A stretch of DNA of 63,972 bases, filler included, from Reticulomyxa filosa (Eukaryota > Protista > Foraminifera): NCBI GenBank assembly GCA_000512085.1. It is 19 parts of 19 records of this genome, joined end to end, with 100 filler letters (N's around TTAATTAATTAA, not from the genome) between each part and the next. Parts side by side here need not be neighbours in the genome. Positions count along the whole stretch, not along the records: positions 35,880 to 38,384 come from ASPP01020134.1; positions 38,485 to 44,129 come from ASPP01020781.1; positions 44,230 to 46,313 come from ASPP01021761.1; positions 46,414 to 53,260 come from ASPP01005871.1; 15 more parts are not named here. One strand, 5' to 3'. Under the pieces are notes generated by a model that worked only from the letters and a program-made list of their open reading frames with translations, was not told the origin of the DNA and did no database searches. The translations under genes and the position numbers were made by a program. Of this stretch, positions 35,960 through 48,533 are shown in pieces; the stretch's first letter is position 1, and each line of letters starts with the position of its first letter.

Positions 35960-36619
35960 TGTATACATTGGAAGATAGAAACCTGCATTTCATGAAGTTG
36001 TTGTAGTTGTTGTGCATACAATTTCTGAGCTTGAGCAAGTTCAACAATGTGAGGGATGTTGCGGTCGAAAGCTGCATGATATGTCGACAATGGCTGAACT
36101 CTGGTGGTTTGGTCGTGCCCACTGTCTCCATGGGGTACACGGAACTGTATATTGCTATTCAGCGCACCCAAAGTGATCGAAGTAGTTGCCGTGTTGTCTC
36201 TGTTTGTCTTATTCATTGCATTCATCGTTGCCATATTTTCCAAATGGATTTCATTACTTGGGATTGTTGTATTCGTTCCACTTATGTTTTCAACTTGTTT
36301 ATGTATGCTGTCTTCTTTTATGCGTCCCTATATGTTTTTTTCACAGTCGTATTACTTTTCTGTCAGTCACAAACAGTTGTCGCTCACTATCCTTTTTTTT
36401 CTAGAGTTTAGATATTGTTTTTGAAACTCCCAATATATTAGGAGTTCGATGACACCCTTTCAAAACTGGTTCGTGCGCATTATCTATGTTGCTCATGGTG
36501 TTACAATTTATTTGAGGTTGAGTGTCGTTACTACGATTGGGCAGAGCTCCGTCAGTAGCACACACCTTGCCAGAGCTCTCTTTTTTTGCGAACAATTTCA
36601 TTCTCAGTTTCGACAACAT
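35960..36619 (-). CDS. Hypothetical eukaryotic protein, 5' part; head-to-head with the G-alpha gene
   Basis: ATG at 36619, ORFs 36401-36619 and 35905-36243 with N/T/Q-rich composition, ending at a GT intron with a TA microsatellite. Confidence 0.45.
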
Positions 36620-36812
36620 TTTTGTTAAACTGTTTTGAAGTAATAATCACACACCACAGGCCAACAGCAAAAAACCCAAAAACCTTGAGCGATTACGTGT
36701 TCCTCAGAACGTACGAAGAAAACCAATAAAAAAAATTTGGCTCAAATTTTTCCACGACTGTTTCGTCAATCCATATTGTTAATTCAAACAATTTTCATCT
36801 GTTTTGTAACGA

Positions 36813-38359
36813 ATGCTTGCTTTTGTCCTTGGAAACATAATATTCATCATTGTAAAAATTTTGGTTCTATGCAGTGTTCAGTAATCCAAAGCAGATTTGT
36901 GCGGAAAGAAGTTCAAATGCTGATAAGGACAAACGTGCAACCCGGACAGTGTTGAAGGAGGTTTCCCTTCATAGTGAATTTTTGGTTTTGTATTTATTTT
37001 TAGAAAAAATTTAGCTTCGCATACAAGCAGTTGGTGATGGGCTCTGCTGTGCTTGGACAGCAAAACATTGATAACTACCTCCAGGAAGACCGCCAATCGA
37101 AGGAAAAAGTGAAGCACTTGTTGCTGTTAGGCACAGGCTCTGCTGGCAAATCAACACTATTCAATCAACTGTTAAGTAAAATACAATAAAAATGGGAAAT
37201 AAAACAAACAAAACAAATAAAATGAAAAAAATGAAGCAAATACGTACGAGGAAAACCTTTTTCGATACAAGAGTGTATAACATCGCTGCAAATAATTCGT
37301 ACGAACTGTGTGCAAACAATTTTCACGTTGTTGAAAAAGGCAGAAGAACTCTATGAAGGAGGAAACAAAAATTGCTTTGTCGATCTTGGGAATGAAGAGA
37401 TTCGAAAAATGATAACCGAGTTGCACAGATGGTGGAAAAAAACAGGAAAAGAGATATTTGATGTGCCAGAAGTGGGGAGTAATGACACAAGCAGCAATTA
37501 CAATAGCAAAAATAATAATAACAATCGTGCAACAAGATTGGATAGTGTACCCTCATTAAATGAGGAAAAAGTGGAAAAGATAAACTCGATACCAAAGAAA
37601 CTTGAATTTGCAGAAATCTTTCCAGTTTCTCCGGAGACCAAAAGCTACGACTGGGAGACGATCGCACTTATGAGTAACATAATGACCAAGTTGTGGAGCT
37701 TGCAAGGGATTCGCCAGTGCTTTAACGAACGCCATCAATTCAGCTTGCCCGACAACATGGACTTTTACCTGAACAAGGTGAAAGATATCATGAGCTGTGA
37801 TTATGTCTGTACTCCGGAAGACTGCTTGAAAGCAAGCTGTCGCACCACTGGCTTTAATGAGTTTCATTACGTGGACGAGAACATGAAAGGGTACAAATTT
37901 TACGTTTATGATCTGGGAGGTATGCATTCCATAACAACCTAACCACCACAACATACAACAAACCTGGCGTTTGCAAAAATTCCCAAAAAATTATTATTTT
38001 TTTTTTTTTATCAGTGTATACGTCATTTGTTGGAAATGTGCTAAATTGTGGGTGTGTCGAAAAAGAATAGGCCAAAGAAGCGAACGTCGCAAATGGATCG
38101 AACACTTTTGTAATGTTGATGCATTAATTTTTGTGGCTGCTTTGAATCATTATGCCACAAGATTATTTGAAGACGAAAAAAAGAATGCAATGCACGAAAG
38201 TTTAAAAAAAAAAATTGACAAATAATTGAGAAAAGTGCAACCTTTTGCCGTTTCTTGTCTTTGTTTTTGTCTTATTTGTTGGTTTGCTGAAATTGTGTCT
38301 ATCGACAGGTTTAGAATTGTTTGCTGACGTGGCAAACAGCAAATATTTTCGCTTGACAG
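36813..38359 (+). CDS. Heterotrimeric G-protein alpha subunit, divergent (spliced, 3'-truncated; start uncertain)
   Basis: [19 protein letters not shown] (P-loop), [56 protein letters not shown]...LFED...NAMHESLELF. GT-AG introns at about 37171-37237, 37920-38070 and 38200-38308. Confidence 0.92.
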
Positions 38360-39532
38360 GTTTTGTTGTGTGTTTTTTTTTTTTNNNNNNNNNNNNNNNN
38401 NNNNNNNNNNNNNNNNNNNNNNNNNNNNTTAATTAATTAANNNNNNNNNNNNNNNNNNNNNNNNNNNNNNNNNNNNNNNNNNNNGAGCCATAAGACGCCA
38501 ACGACACCAATTGCAATGAACCCTCGTCGGATCCAGTTTTGATATTTTAGTAGCATTGGCGTGTTTGTCTTGCCATCCATTGAATATGCGGTTAGTAGTC
38601 TATTCATTTCAATTTTTCCTTTTTTTTTTTTGGCGTATTTGTTGGAATGTGCCTTTGGTTGTTGTGAGAACAACACCAGACTCCATTTTGTTCGATGTTT
38701 TGTCTATATGCAAACAAACTTTTGGGAAGTCCCACTATTCCAAAGTTGTAATATTGCACCGAGGGCGATACCCCCCAAGACCACCACTAGCGGTCGAAAT
38801 AGTACTCCGAACAGTTGTGGGATTGGAGGTATCCAAAACTTACGATTACTGATCATATTGTACCCTTTCATCACTCTAACCATTATTTTTTTTTGTTTGT
38901 TGGAAGACTGAGCACACTCCCTCCCCCCCCCCCCCCCTCCCCCCTCTCCCTCTGGACGGAATTCAATAAGGCAATCATACAAGACCGATACAAATAAGAT
39001 AAGATAACTTTCTGCGTGATGAAGTAGTGAGTGTCTGAAGGCACATGGGTCGACTAGACACTAAAGTGAATGGCCTCAACTGCATTCCTCTGTACTGTAG
39101 AAAAATCAAATTTCCAAATTCGTAAAGAACACATTAAGAGTCATTCGACATTTGAGGAAATTTCTGACCTTGTGTAGAGTCAACTTCAGCATTTTTCTTT
39201 TTTCTTCAATATTTCTACAATTTTGAGGTTTTGCCACAAATTTGTGTTTTTTTTCTAATTCACAATTTATTTGAGAGACGCGCTTTGTGCAAGAAACAGA
39301 ATCTAATCACGTTCCCTTTTTTTTCTTTGGTCAAAAGTGTTTTCACAGCATCGAAGAACTAGATCACAAAATAAAAACTTCATTTGATTTATTTTTTTTT
39401 TTTACAGTAATCTATTGAAGTAACTGTAGATAGAAACGAGAAAAACCAAGGAAAAGAGAAGTAGAAGGAAGAAAGAGAAGGGGGAAAAAAAGGACGCCCG
39501 CATATGACTCTTTTGCTTGCAAAACCAATCTG

Positions 39533-42419
39533 ATGATATCCGCGAATAAAACGTGTGTGCAAGTAGCTTTACGTGTTAAGTATTTTTTTTTTTCAGTATG
39601 TATACCTATTATCTTTTGCAAGAATGAAAAGAAGTGAAAGTAAAAACAAGCAGCAACGGTGGGTTTGGAATGAAAACAGGTCCGACCGTTAGTTGCTCAT
39701 GAGATTGCTCGAGGGGAAGATGAAGTAGTGACCTACCCAAACGCCTCCGAACCACAATTGCAAATAGGCGGTGACAAATCATTTTCATTTGATTATGTGT
39801 TTGAGCAAAAAGCGCCACAGAAGTATATTTACGACACAGCAGTCCGGCCATTGGTCAATTCATTCTTGGAAGGCTACAATGCGACCATCATCGCTTATGG
39901 CCAAACAGTTAGACACTTATCAACAAGACACACTTGGAATATTTCCTGTTGATATTTATATACTCTCTTCATTATCAATTTGTTTGGAATCCGAAGGAAA
40001 ACAAACAAACAAAAAAAAAAAAAAAAAAGAGTTGACATTGTCTTAGTAATCAATTTTCCTCGGACGTTTTTTTTTTTTTTACATCACAAATTTTTTTTTT
40101 TAAAAAAAAAGGGGTTGAATGTCCGAGTGAAATGTAAAAACTTGAGGAGAAAAAAAAAAAAAAAAAGCAAAGAGAGAAATGAAATAAATGTAACGGTCAA
40201 ACAGGGGTCTGGCAAAACGTACACAATGGGAACGACTGGGTGTGATGATTCGAAACTGCAAGAAGAGTGGGGGATAATTCCCAGTAGCATCTATCACATG
40301 TTTGCATATTTAAAGCGTCAATATAATACGAACAACAACAACAGCGACCATTACAGCATCAGCTGTTCATTCATCGAAATCTACAATGAGGAAATCAAAG
40401 ATCTACTTGACCGGACACGATCAAAGTCCTAAATATCCGTGAAACTGCTGAACTTGACGGAAACAATTCTCGAATCCATATTCAAGGTAGGAAGTCAAAT
40501 GTACATACCATTTGTTGTTTTTTTTTTTTTTTTTTTTTTCCAAATAGCATTTACATATCCAACAAAACAAAAATAAAAAAGGATTGAAGTTAGAAAACGT
40601 AGAATCGGCGATGGACATGTTGGAGGCATTGGATCGAGGTGGAGCATGTCGATCAACCGCGTGTACACAGATGAACGATCAGTCGTCGAGATCACACGCG
40701 GTGTTCACGATACATTTGCGACAAATCAAACATCCCAAAGTGGACAAGTTCAGTGCACAAGATAGTAACAACGACAATAACAATAGCAACAGCAATGACA
40801 ATGACAATGACAATAACAATGACAATAATAATAATGATAACAACGACGCGTCGGCCGCAGAACCAATCGTTTTACAGTCCAAATTTCATTTTGTTGATCT
40901 GGCAGGTTCAGAGCGGATTAAAAAGACAGGTACAATTCATAATACATATACATATACACATATACATATATATATATATATATGTATATGTATATATACC
41001 AGATATTTATATGTAATGTGTATATGTATAAAAGGCGCGGTGGGCACTCGTTTGATAGAAGGAATTTCAATAAACAGCGGATTGCTAGCGTTGGGGAATG
41101 TGATATCAGCGTTGGGAGATCCTCGATTGAAGTGCACACACGTGCCATTTCGGGATAGTAAGATAACGCGTTTGTTGCAGGACTCGTTGGGCGGGAACTC
41201 GTGCACGTTGATGGTGGCTTGCATATCGCCTGCCGCGAGCAACATTTTGGAGAGCAAAAGCACATTGGCCTATGCCAACCGCGCGAAAAACATACAAAAC
41301 AAGCCCGTCGTCAATCGCGACTCCCGAAGCAAAGAGATCTTTGATCTGAAGGCGCGTGTGAAAGAATTGGAAGCGCGTCTGAAAAAGTCAAATGGCCCTG
41401 AGGACGTGCAGTCGTGGAAGTCCCCTATGGCTGATCAAGGCTTTCAAGCATGGGTCGATCAAACGGATCAAATTAATCAGTTGAAATCGGATCTCACCGA
41501 TGCCAACAATGAGGTATATATAAATATATAAATATATACATATATACATATATATATACATATATGTATATGTGTATATATGTATATATGCATGGATGCA
41601 AATCAATAGGTAATTCGATTGCAAGAAAAAACAAAGCAGTTGCGACTACAATTGAGCGAGATGGCCGAACGCTTAGCGACAGCAAAGGCGGACGATGAAA
41701 TGCAGCGCCAAGAGCGCGCACGGTTTTTTCAGCGTCTGCATGAACTGGTCCCCTCGGTCGACTTGGACAGTCTGACGCTGCTGCCGCGTGAAGAGCCCAA
41801 GACTTTGGACACGTACATTCAGGCCAATGCCAAACTGCAACTCGAAAATGAACAGCTGAAGAAAGAACTGGCTCTTAAAACTCAGTCCGAATCCCTCTGC
41901 GATCGCGATTTGTTGCACTTGTTGCAAGACCATGTCTCCAAGTTTTTAATCTACTACATTTTATTATATACACGTATACATATACATATATATATATATA
42001 TACATATATGCAAATATTAAGATTGGTGAAAGGTGATTTAAACGGAATGAACGAAAGCATTGCGCTTTTGGAGGTTAAGTGAATCAATGTACTACTTTTG
42101 TCTTTGCAACGCATTATGAGCGCATGTAATCTATTGCTCTTTGAACAGAAAGCGAAGAAGAAAAACCATGAAACAATGGCAATAATGGAGGAAGAGGAAG
42201 ATGTAGAAGAAGTAGAGGAAGAAGAAGACGACAAAACAAACGAACATTTCATTGCAACGCCTGAAATGGATCAAAGCCTGATAAAAGAAGAAAATGAAGA
42301 TGACGACAGCGCCGAGATCAACGAGGAGTGGACAGAAATGGAAGGAGAAGGAGAAGAGGACGAAGACGGAGAGGAAGGAAGAAGAGAAGATAGCGCAATG
42401 GCAACAGAGGACAATAAGG

Positions 42420-42454
<35 letters not shown>

Positions 42455-44100
42455 GATGAAAATGCAAACAAAAACGACAGCGCGAATCACGAAAAGAGTA
42501 CCGATTTGGAGCCCGCTGCTCAACTCTTAAAAGAAGAGCGCAAATTAGGTATAATATTTATATGTGCTGATGTTATAATGTATTATATATGTATATACAC
42601 GTATGTGTAATGTAATAATGCAATGTAAATTGTAGAGAGAATGCAATTAAAGGAAGTGTACAATACGCAAAAGCGATTACTACAACAAGTCAAAGATACG
42701 GAAAAAAAGAAGCTGGATTTGGAGACAGAACAGTTGACAAGGGAAAGAACTCAAAAATTGAACCACGAAAAATATTCGCGAGAAATCGACAAAACAAATC
42801 GAGATATCGAAATATTACAAGTTTTCCACCATTTTTATTTTTTTATTTTATTTTCATGTCTAATAAAAGTTGTTTTTTTTTTATTTCAAAAAAAAAAAAA
42901 AAAGAACGTGCTAAAGCAACTAGTAGAACAAAAACGCGTGGACGCAACCAAAAAAGAATACTACGAAAAACAAATCCAAGACTTGAATATCGAATTGGAA
43001 GACGCTTATGTATGTGCATGTGCATATGCATGTGCGTGTGTGCTTCTACGTTGTTGACTTGTTGACAAGTTTATGTGATTTGCTTTTTTGATTCAGAAAA
43101 AAACAAGACAATTGGAAACGGAAAAATCCAAATTGAATCCAGAAGACATTAAAAAGTTTCAAGCCTCTCAAGTCAAACTCCAGGAATATGAAAACAAGAT
43201 CAAATTGTTAACGAAACAATTGCTTGAGTGCAAGTTAAGCAATTCCCAATCTTTTTTTGTTTGTTTGTTTAGTTTTATTGAAATTAATATTTTTTTTTTA
43301 AAAAAAAAAAAGGGAGAAACTACAACAAGTAAAGACGCTACAAACAGTGCATAAAGAAGATCAAGTAAAGATTAACAAGATGAATCAAAAATTGATTCAA
43401 CTCAAATCTAAAAAAGTAAATATGTTTACACATATTTATATACATATATATATATATGTATATGTATTTTTTTTTTAAAGTGTGGATATAAAGTATATAA
43501 CTTAAAATAACATTTGTGTCATAAATTAGTTTGTTTTTTAAAAAAAACCATGAATTAAGGTGTCGTTACAAAAAAAAATGGAAGAAGAAAGCCATACGTA
43601 TACAATGTGGAAAAAGCAGAGCGAAATAGTCATCAAACAGCTCACGAAAACGACGAGAGAAAAGGACATCCAAGTTTTGATGCTTGTTTACACTTTGAGA
43701 CAAGCACGACAATATAGAGTGTTTTGTGTGTGTGTATGTGTGTGTACTGCACTCTGTTGTGCCATAGATACAGCAGCAAAAGAGCAAATTACACATTACT
43801 GAAACAGCCTTGAAACAAAAAACTGCAGGTTTTTTTTATGTTTTTTTTTTTTTTGATTGATCAAAATGGCAGAACGTCAATAAAGATAACAACAAATAAC
43901 AAACAAAAATAATGGGAACAATAGCCTTGGTATCATTGCAACGAAAGCAACGGGAGTTGGACATGAAAAAAGCAAGCAGTCGTCGTGAAAAGGGCTTCAA
44001 TAGTTTCAATATGATCAAAATCAGACTTCACAAGCTATTAAAGCAGCTTTGTGCAAGAAAGTTGAGCCGTTTAAAAAAAAAAAAAAAGCATGCATAAAAA
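39533..44100 (+). CDS. Kinesin-4 family (KIF4/KIF21-like) motor with a long coiled-coil stalk (multi-exon, 3'-truncated)
   Basis: CVQVALR|VRPL, SFSFDYVF, FLEGYNATIIAYGQT|GSGKTYTMG, SFIEIYNEEIKDLL, MNDQSSRSHAVFTI, SKFHFVDLAGSER.K.TGA.G.RL.EGISINSGLLALGNVISALGD, HVPFRDSKITRLLQDSLGGN, ESKSTLAYANRAKNIQNKPVVN. Confidence 0.95.
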
Positions 44101-44689
44101 AAAATCGAAAGATAATAAACATATGTATGNNNNNNNNNNNNNNNNNNNNNNNNNNNNNNNNNNNNNNNNNNNNTTAATTAATTAANNNNNNNNNNNNNNN
44201 NNNNNNNNNNNNNNNNNNNNNNNNNNNNNAATATTTTAATATATTGACTATCCAGAACACTTGCTATCTTATAAAAAAGGATTCTGAAAAACAAATCATA
44301 ACAAAATTGTTGGCAATGATTCAATTTGGGATGAAGTTGAACAATTCATCTTTTTTGGTATCATCAATGGGAAAAATATCTGATACCGAAAACAAGAAAA
44401 TAGATGAAAAACCATAGTTAGATGTACAACACAATCAATCGGATGATATTTAGCATATAAATCTTCAGCAGTACCTAAAAAAAAAACGACTTGTTACCAT
44501 CACAACAAAAATATTTTGATAAAATTATAATTTCTGAACATTGCAGGGATGAAGATCGGATTAACAAATATAATTTTTTTTTTGCGTAGATGAGAAAAAA
44601 GTCGCTAAGAGGGAAACAACGTATACAATGACCTATCAAAAACACATCTTTTTTTAAAAAAAGCTCTGATTTCTTATCAAAAAGATACA

Positions 44690-46313
44690 TATTCATATAG
44701 AATCGCGTGTATCGATCAATGTATGCAATCGACCACATTTGGCATGTCTATGGTCACTTTGGAGGGAAACTAAAAAAAGAGAGCAAGTCGATGCGGAGAG
44801 CAGCACTACCGACAAACATATAAAAACGAATAATCCACTAACAACTGTCCCAATTACATTACCAACAAATATGGTGATGATGAGATCAATTAATTTCGAA
44901 ATTAGTTGGACACCTACATTTGAATATGATCTGATCATTCATGCCTTTGATTCTTTTTTCCTTATTATTCAATCATAAGAACTTAAAATAGAATATTCTG
45001 GCATCTTCCTTAAAATATCTTTTTATTGCATACATTTCTTCTTATTTAATCATCATTCTTGTTATTATGCACATAAAATACAATATACAATAATTTAGAT
45101 GTTTTGATGTCTCATAAAGGGACATTATTGTTATGTGAGGCGAATATAAATATCGGCCATCATCAAATGTTGAATTCAGCTCCAACAACGCTACTAGTGT
45201 CAGTTGAATTGATGAAATTTGTGATTACTTTCAATATCCCCAAAACGAATGATTTTATCATGTAGTGAACAACAAATGACATTACGACTGTCATTATCAT
45301 CATTTTGGCCTCTTCTTCATTTCGAGAGTAGCAAAATCTAACAAAAGAAGATTAGAGAAAAATCAAATAAAAAGCTATTTAAAAACAACAGTTTCACTCT
45401 TTATCAAAATTAAACAAAAAAATCTTTGCTATCATTCGATAAAAATGACTTAAAGTTCTTCTTGTAGTGTTTCCATATTGCGTTTGTTTCTTCAGTGACG
45501 CTAGTTGTTGATTCGTTTTCAGATGTCCCTTTTGTATTTATTTATTTTAAAAACATAAAAATATCTTTTATTTATGCCAATGAAATAATTAACTGTATTG
45601 TCGCAATATTTGAGTTCCATGAGAACAGCCACTATGAAACAAATGTCAATAATTGCAAAAGTATAACCAAACACGCTCTTTATCACGTGAGACTGAGCAT
45701 TACTCAATGCGCCAGATAACACCCAAATGAGTTGTTGTAATAAAAATGGCACAATTAACACCGATATTGGAGATGCATGGATTTCATCGGATAGTTTGTA
45801 AATGTTAGCTTTTTCAATCAGATTTTCTTCCCATGACGTCACACGTTTGGTTTTTTTATTCAACAAGTACTGGAAATTTATATTGGATATAGTTGCCATG
45901 GCACACAATGGTACAATCAAAGGACAAAATAATCCCAACAAGATTACAATTCTACATTGACAAATAACCCTGCAGTTTCAAAGTTCAATTCATTTGAACC
46001 AGCCAAGAATTTCAATGGTTCACATTGAAATAAATGCACAAATATTGGCCAAGCGAACCCATAGTAGAAATGTATTAATTACCATTTTGATCACCATCAA
46101 AAATTATCACTCATGTTATATTCTTTTGTGAAAATATTTAATTCATAACCAAATTGAAAGCCCCCATATTGGCACAAATTACCTCAATTCAATACTGTCA
46201 TCTTCGTTCATGTGCCACAGTAAATCAATATCATAAAAAGTTCAGTGATAGCTGACAATAGCATCATTGGAATTTTTTTCAGAACAAGTATCCCAATAAT
46301 GTATCCATTGTCG
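44690..46313 (-). pseudogene. Degenerate multi-pass membrane-protein sequence(s)
   Basis: Hydrophobic minus-strand ORF pieces (45519-45941, 44693-44938) with stops between them. Confidence 0.35.
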
Positions 46314-46465
46314 NNNNNNNNNNNNNNNNNNNNNNNNNNNNNNNNNNNNNNNNNNNNTTAATTAATTAANNNNNNNNNNNNNNNNNNNNNNNNNNNNNNN
46401 NNNNNNNNNNNNNAAAAAAAAACAAAAAAAAAGATTTGTAAATGTTCATGTAATTTCCAACACAA

Positions 46466-47850
46466 AACATGCCGAGTTCATATGCATCCGTTGTGTGGAT
46501 GCCAAAGCATGTGCCACCGAGATATGGCACGATCCAATTCTATGCAAGTACTTGCATCAAACTTATTTTGTGGACCACATCGCTTGTAAGTTGGAAAACA
46601 TGTTGAATCATCCATGCATAACTGAATGTGCAAAAACTGACAAAATTCTGCGAATTGTGAGTTCACCGAAAAAGGTATTATTTTTAAAAAATTCTATTTT
46701 TTTTTTTTTTTTTTTGCAGTCACTTAAAAAAAAAAAAAAAATTCAAAAATAAAATGTGAACATTTAAATTATCATATATGTACACATACATATATATACA
46801 TTTACATATACGTGTATACATATATGCATATATATATGTATATATATTACAATATGGATCATTAAAGTTAATAACAACAATTGGCCAAAGTTTAAGTGAA
46901 GATATCCAATTGCACCCAAGCAAGTTTACACATGTTTTGTTTGTAGTAAAAGCGTATGGCCGCTATTATTTTGCGGTGCGTGACAAGAGTGACTACTTCA
47001 ACACAGTGGCGACGGAAGTGAAAAGTAGACTGTCACAAGAGCAGAAAGAGTCTTGTTCTAGGGCGTTCTACAAATTGAAGGAAGTGTTTTTAAGAAAAAA
47101 GCTTGATATCTTTGATCGATATTTGTTTCACATGGACGTCACAAATGCGGATACCCCTCCAAAATCTCCCTCTTTCACCGCACTCGACATTGGAGCCAGT
47201 CCTGGAGGCTGGACTAAGTTCTTGCTGTCCGTCGGAGCGTCACATGTTGTTAGCATCGATCCTGGAGCTTTGGAGTTGTCCGCTGAAGACACACTCAAAA
47301 TTACACATTGTTTTGTCTTTTTATCTGCGTTTGTGGTCGCATATAAATATATACACATATATATATATATATATATGTATATGTTTATGTGTTAAATTCT
47401 TTTGCTGTTATAACGTATACAATACATTGATTAATAACAACAAAAAAAAAAAAAAGTGAAGAAAGGAGCCGAGGAGTGCGAAAAGGAGTTGGAAGAATTC
47501 ATAACAGTGAAAAATACAATAAAAAATTTGATATAATGGTTTGTGATGCCAATATCCCAGCTGAATATGTAATGAATAATATCATCACAGGCATGTCCGA
47601 GAAATGCTTGACATCGGACAATGGCATTGTTGTGTTCACTCTCAAACTTCACAACAAATTTACAAAGCAAAAACAAAAAATGATGAGTGCGTTCACTCAA
47701 ATTTTGACTCAGCAAGGGTTTACTGAAATTGAGTTTTTGTGGCTCTTGGCCAATACTGGCCTGGAAAGAACTTTGGTTGCGGTAAAAAAGAAGCCACCTC
47801 TGGAAGTTAACAATACAACAGCAGACGACATTGATGTGAAAGGGGATTAG
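46466..47850 (+). CDS. FtsJ/RlmM-like SAM-dependent RNA 2'-O-methyltransferase (spliced, 5'-truncated)
   Basis: SRAFYKLKE, ALDIGASPGGWT, VVSIDP, FDIMVCDAN, VFTLKL, LLANTGLERT (K-D-K-E tetrad). Intron at 47310-47456. Confidence 0.85.
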
Positions 47851-48533
47851 ATGATTGAAAATAATGCTTTTGAATTCTTGTAAATCTCTTTCAATTTTAA
47901 AGAAAATTTTTTTTGTTTGATCTTATTTGTTTTGCGATTAAATCATTTTCGAAACGTTTCTTTTTTGAAATTCAATGTACGTTATCAACAATATATCTGC
48001 GTGATCTTACATACTGATTATTACAATCAGTCACAAAAAAAGGTCCCCTACAAATATTTGCAATTTTAGTTACGAAAAATCAACGCTTTTCCAAAAATGT
48101 TTTTGATTGTTAATAAAATTATTACGTTTTTTACTTTTTAGGAAAGAGAGTGAGTAAACTACGCTGAGCTTTCTTTTTTTGTGATTCGACAAGGGAAAAT
48201 TAAAATTGAGCATTAATATGAATATGCAAAAAAGAAAAGATGCACTGGCTAGTTGTTTAGGTTCACTTAGTTATGCACATGAAACAAGTCTATTCTTATC
48301 AACACATCCTTTTTTTTCCCCCTAATTCACACAAAAAGAAAAAAAGATTTCTCATTTTATTGACTTTAAAGGCCTAATTCTTAGTCCTTTCAACATGGCA
48401 CAAACATTCAAATTTTACTCTTGCTTTTGAAAAGACAATAATTATTTTTTGTTGTTCTTTTTTTGTTCTCATCAATGTATTTCAAAAAAAAAAACAAAAA
48501 AAAACACAAAAAATAAGTTTGATTTTATTTCGC

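Noticed and set aside
38485-39100. Minus-strand hydrophobic ORF pieces
   Set aside because: Probably part of a membrane-protein gene, but the frame and identity cannot be established.
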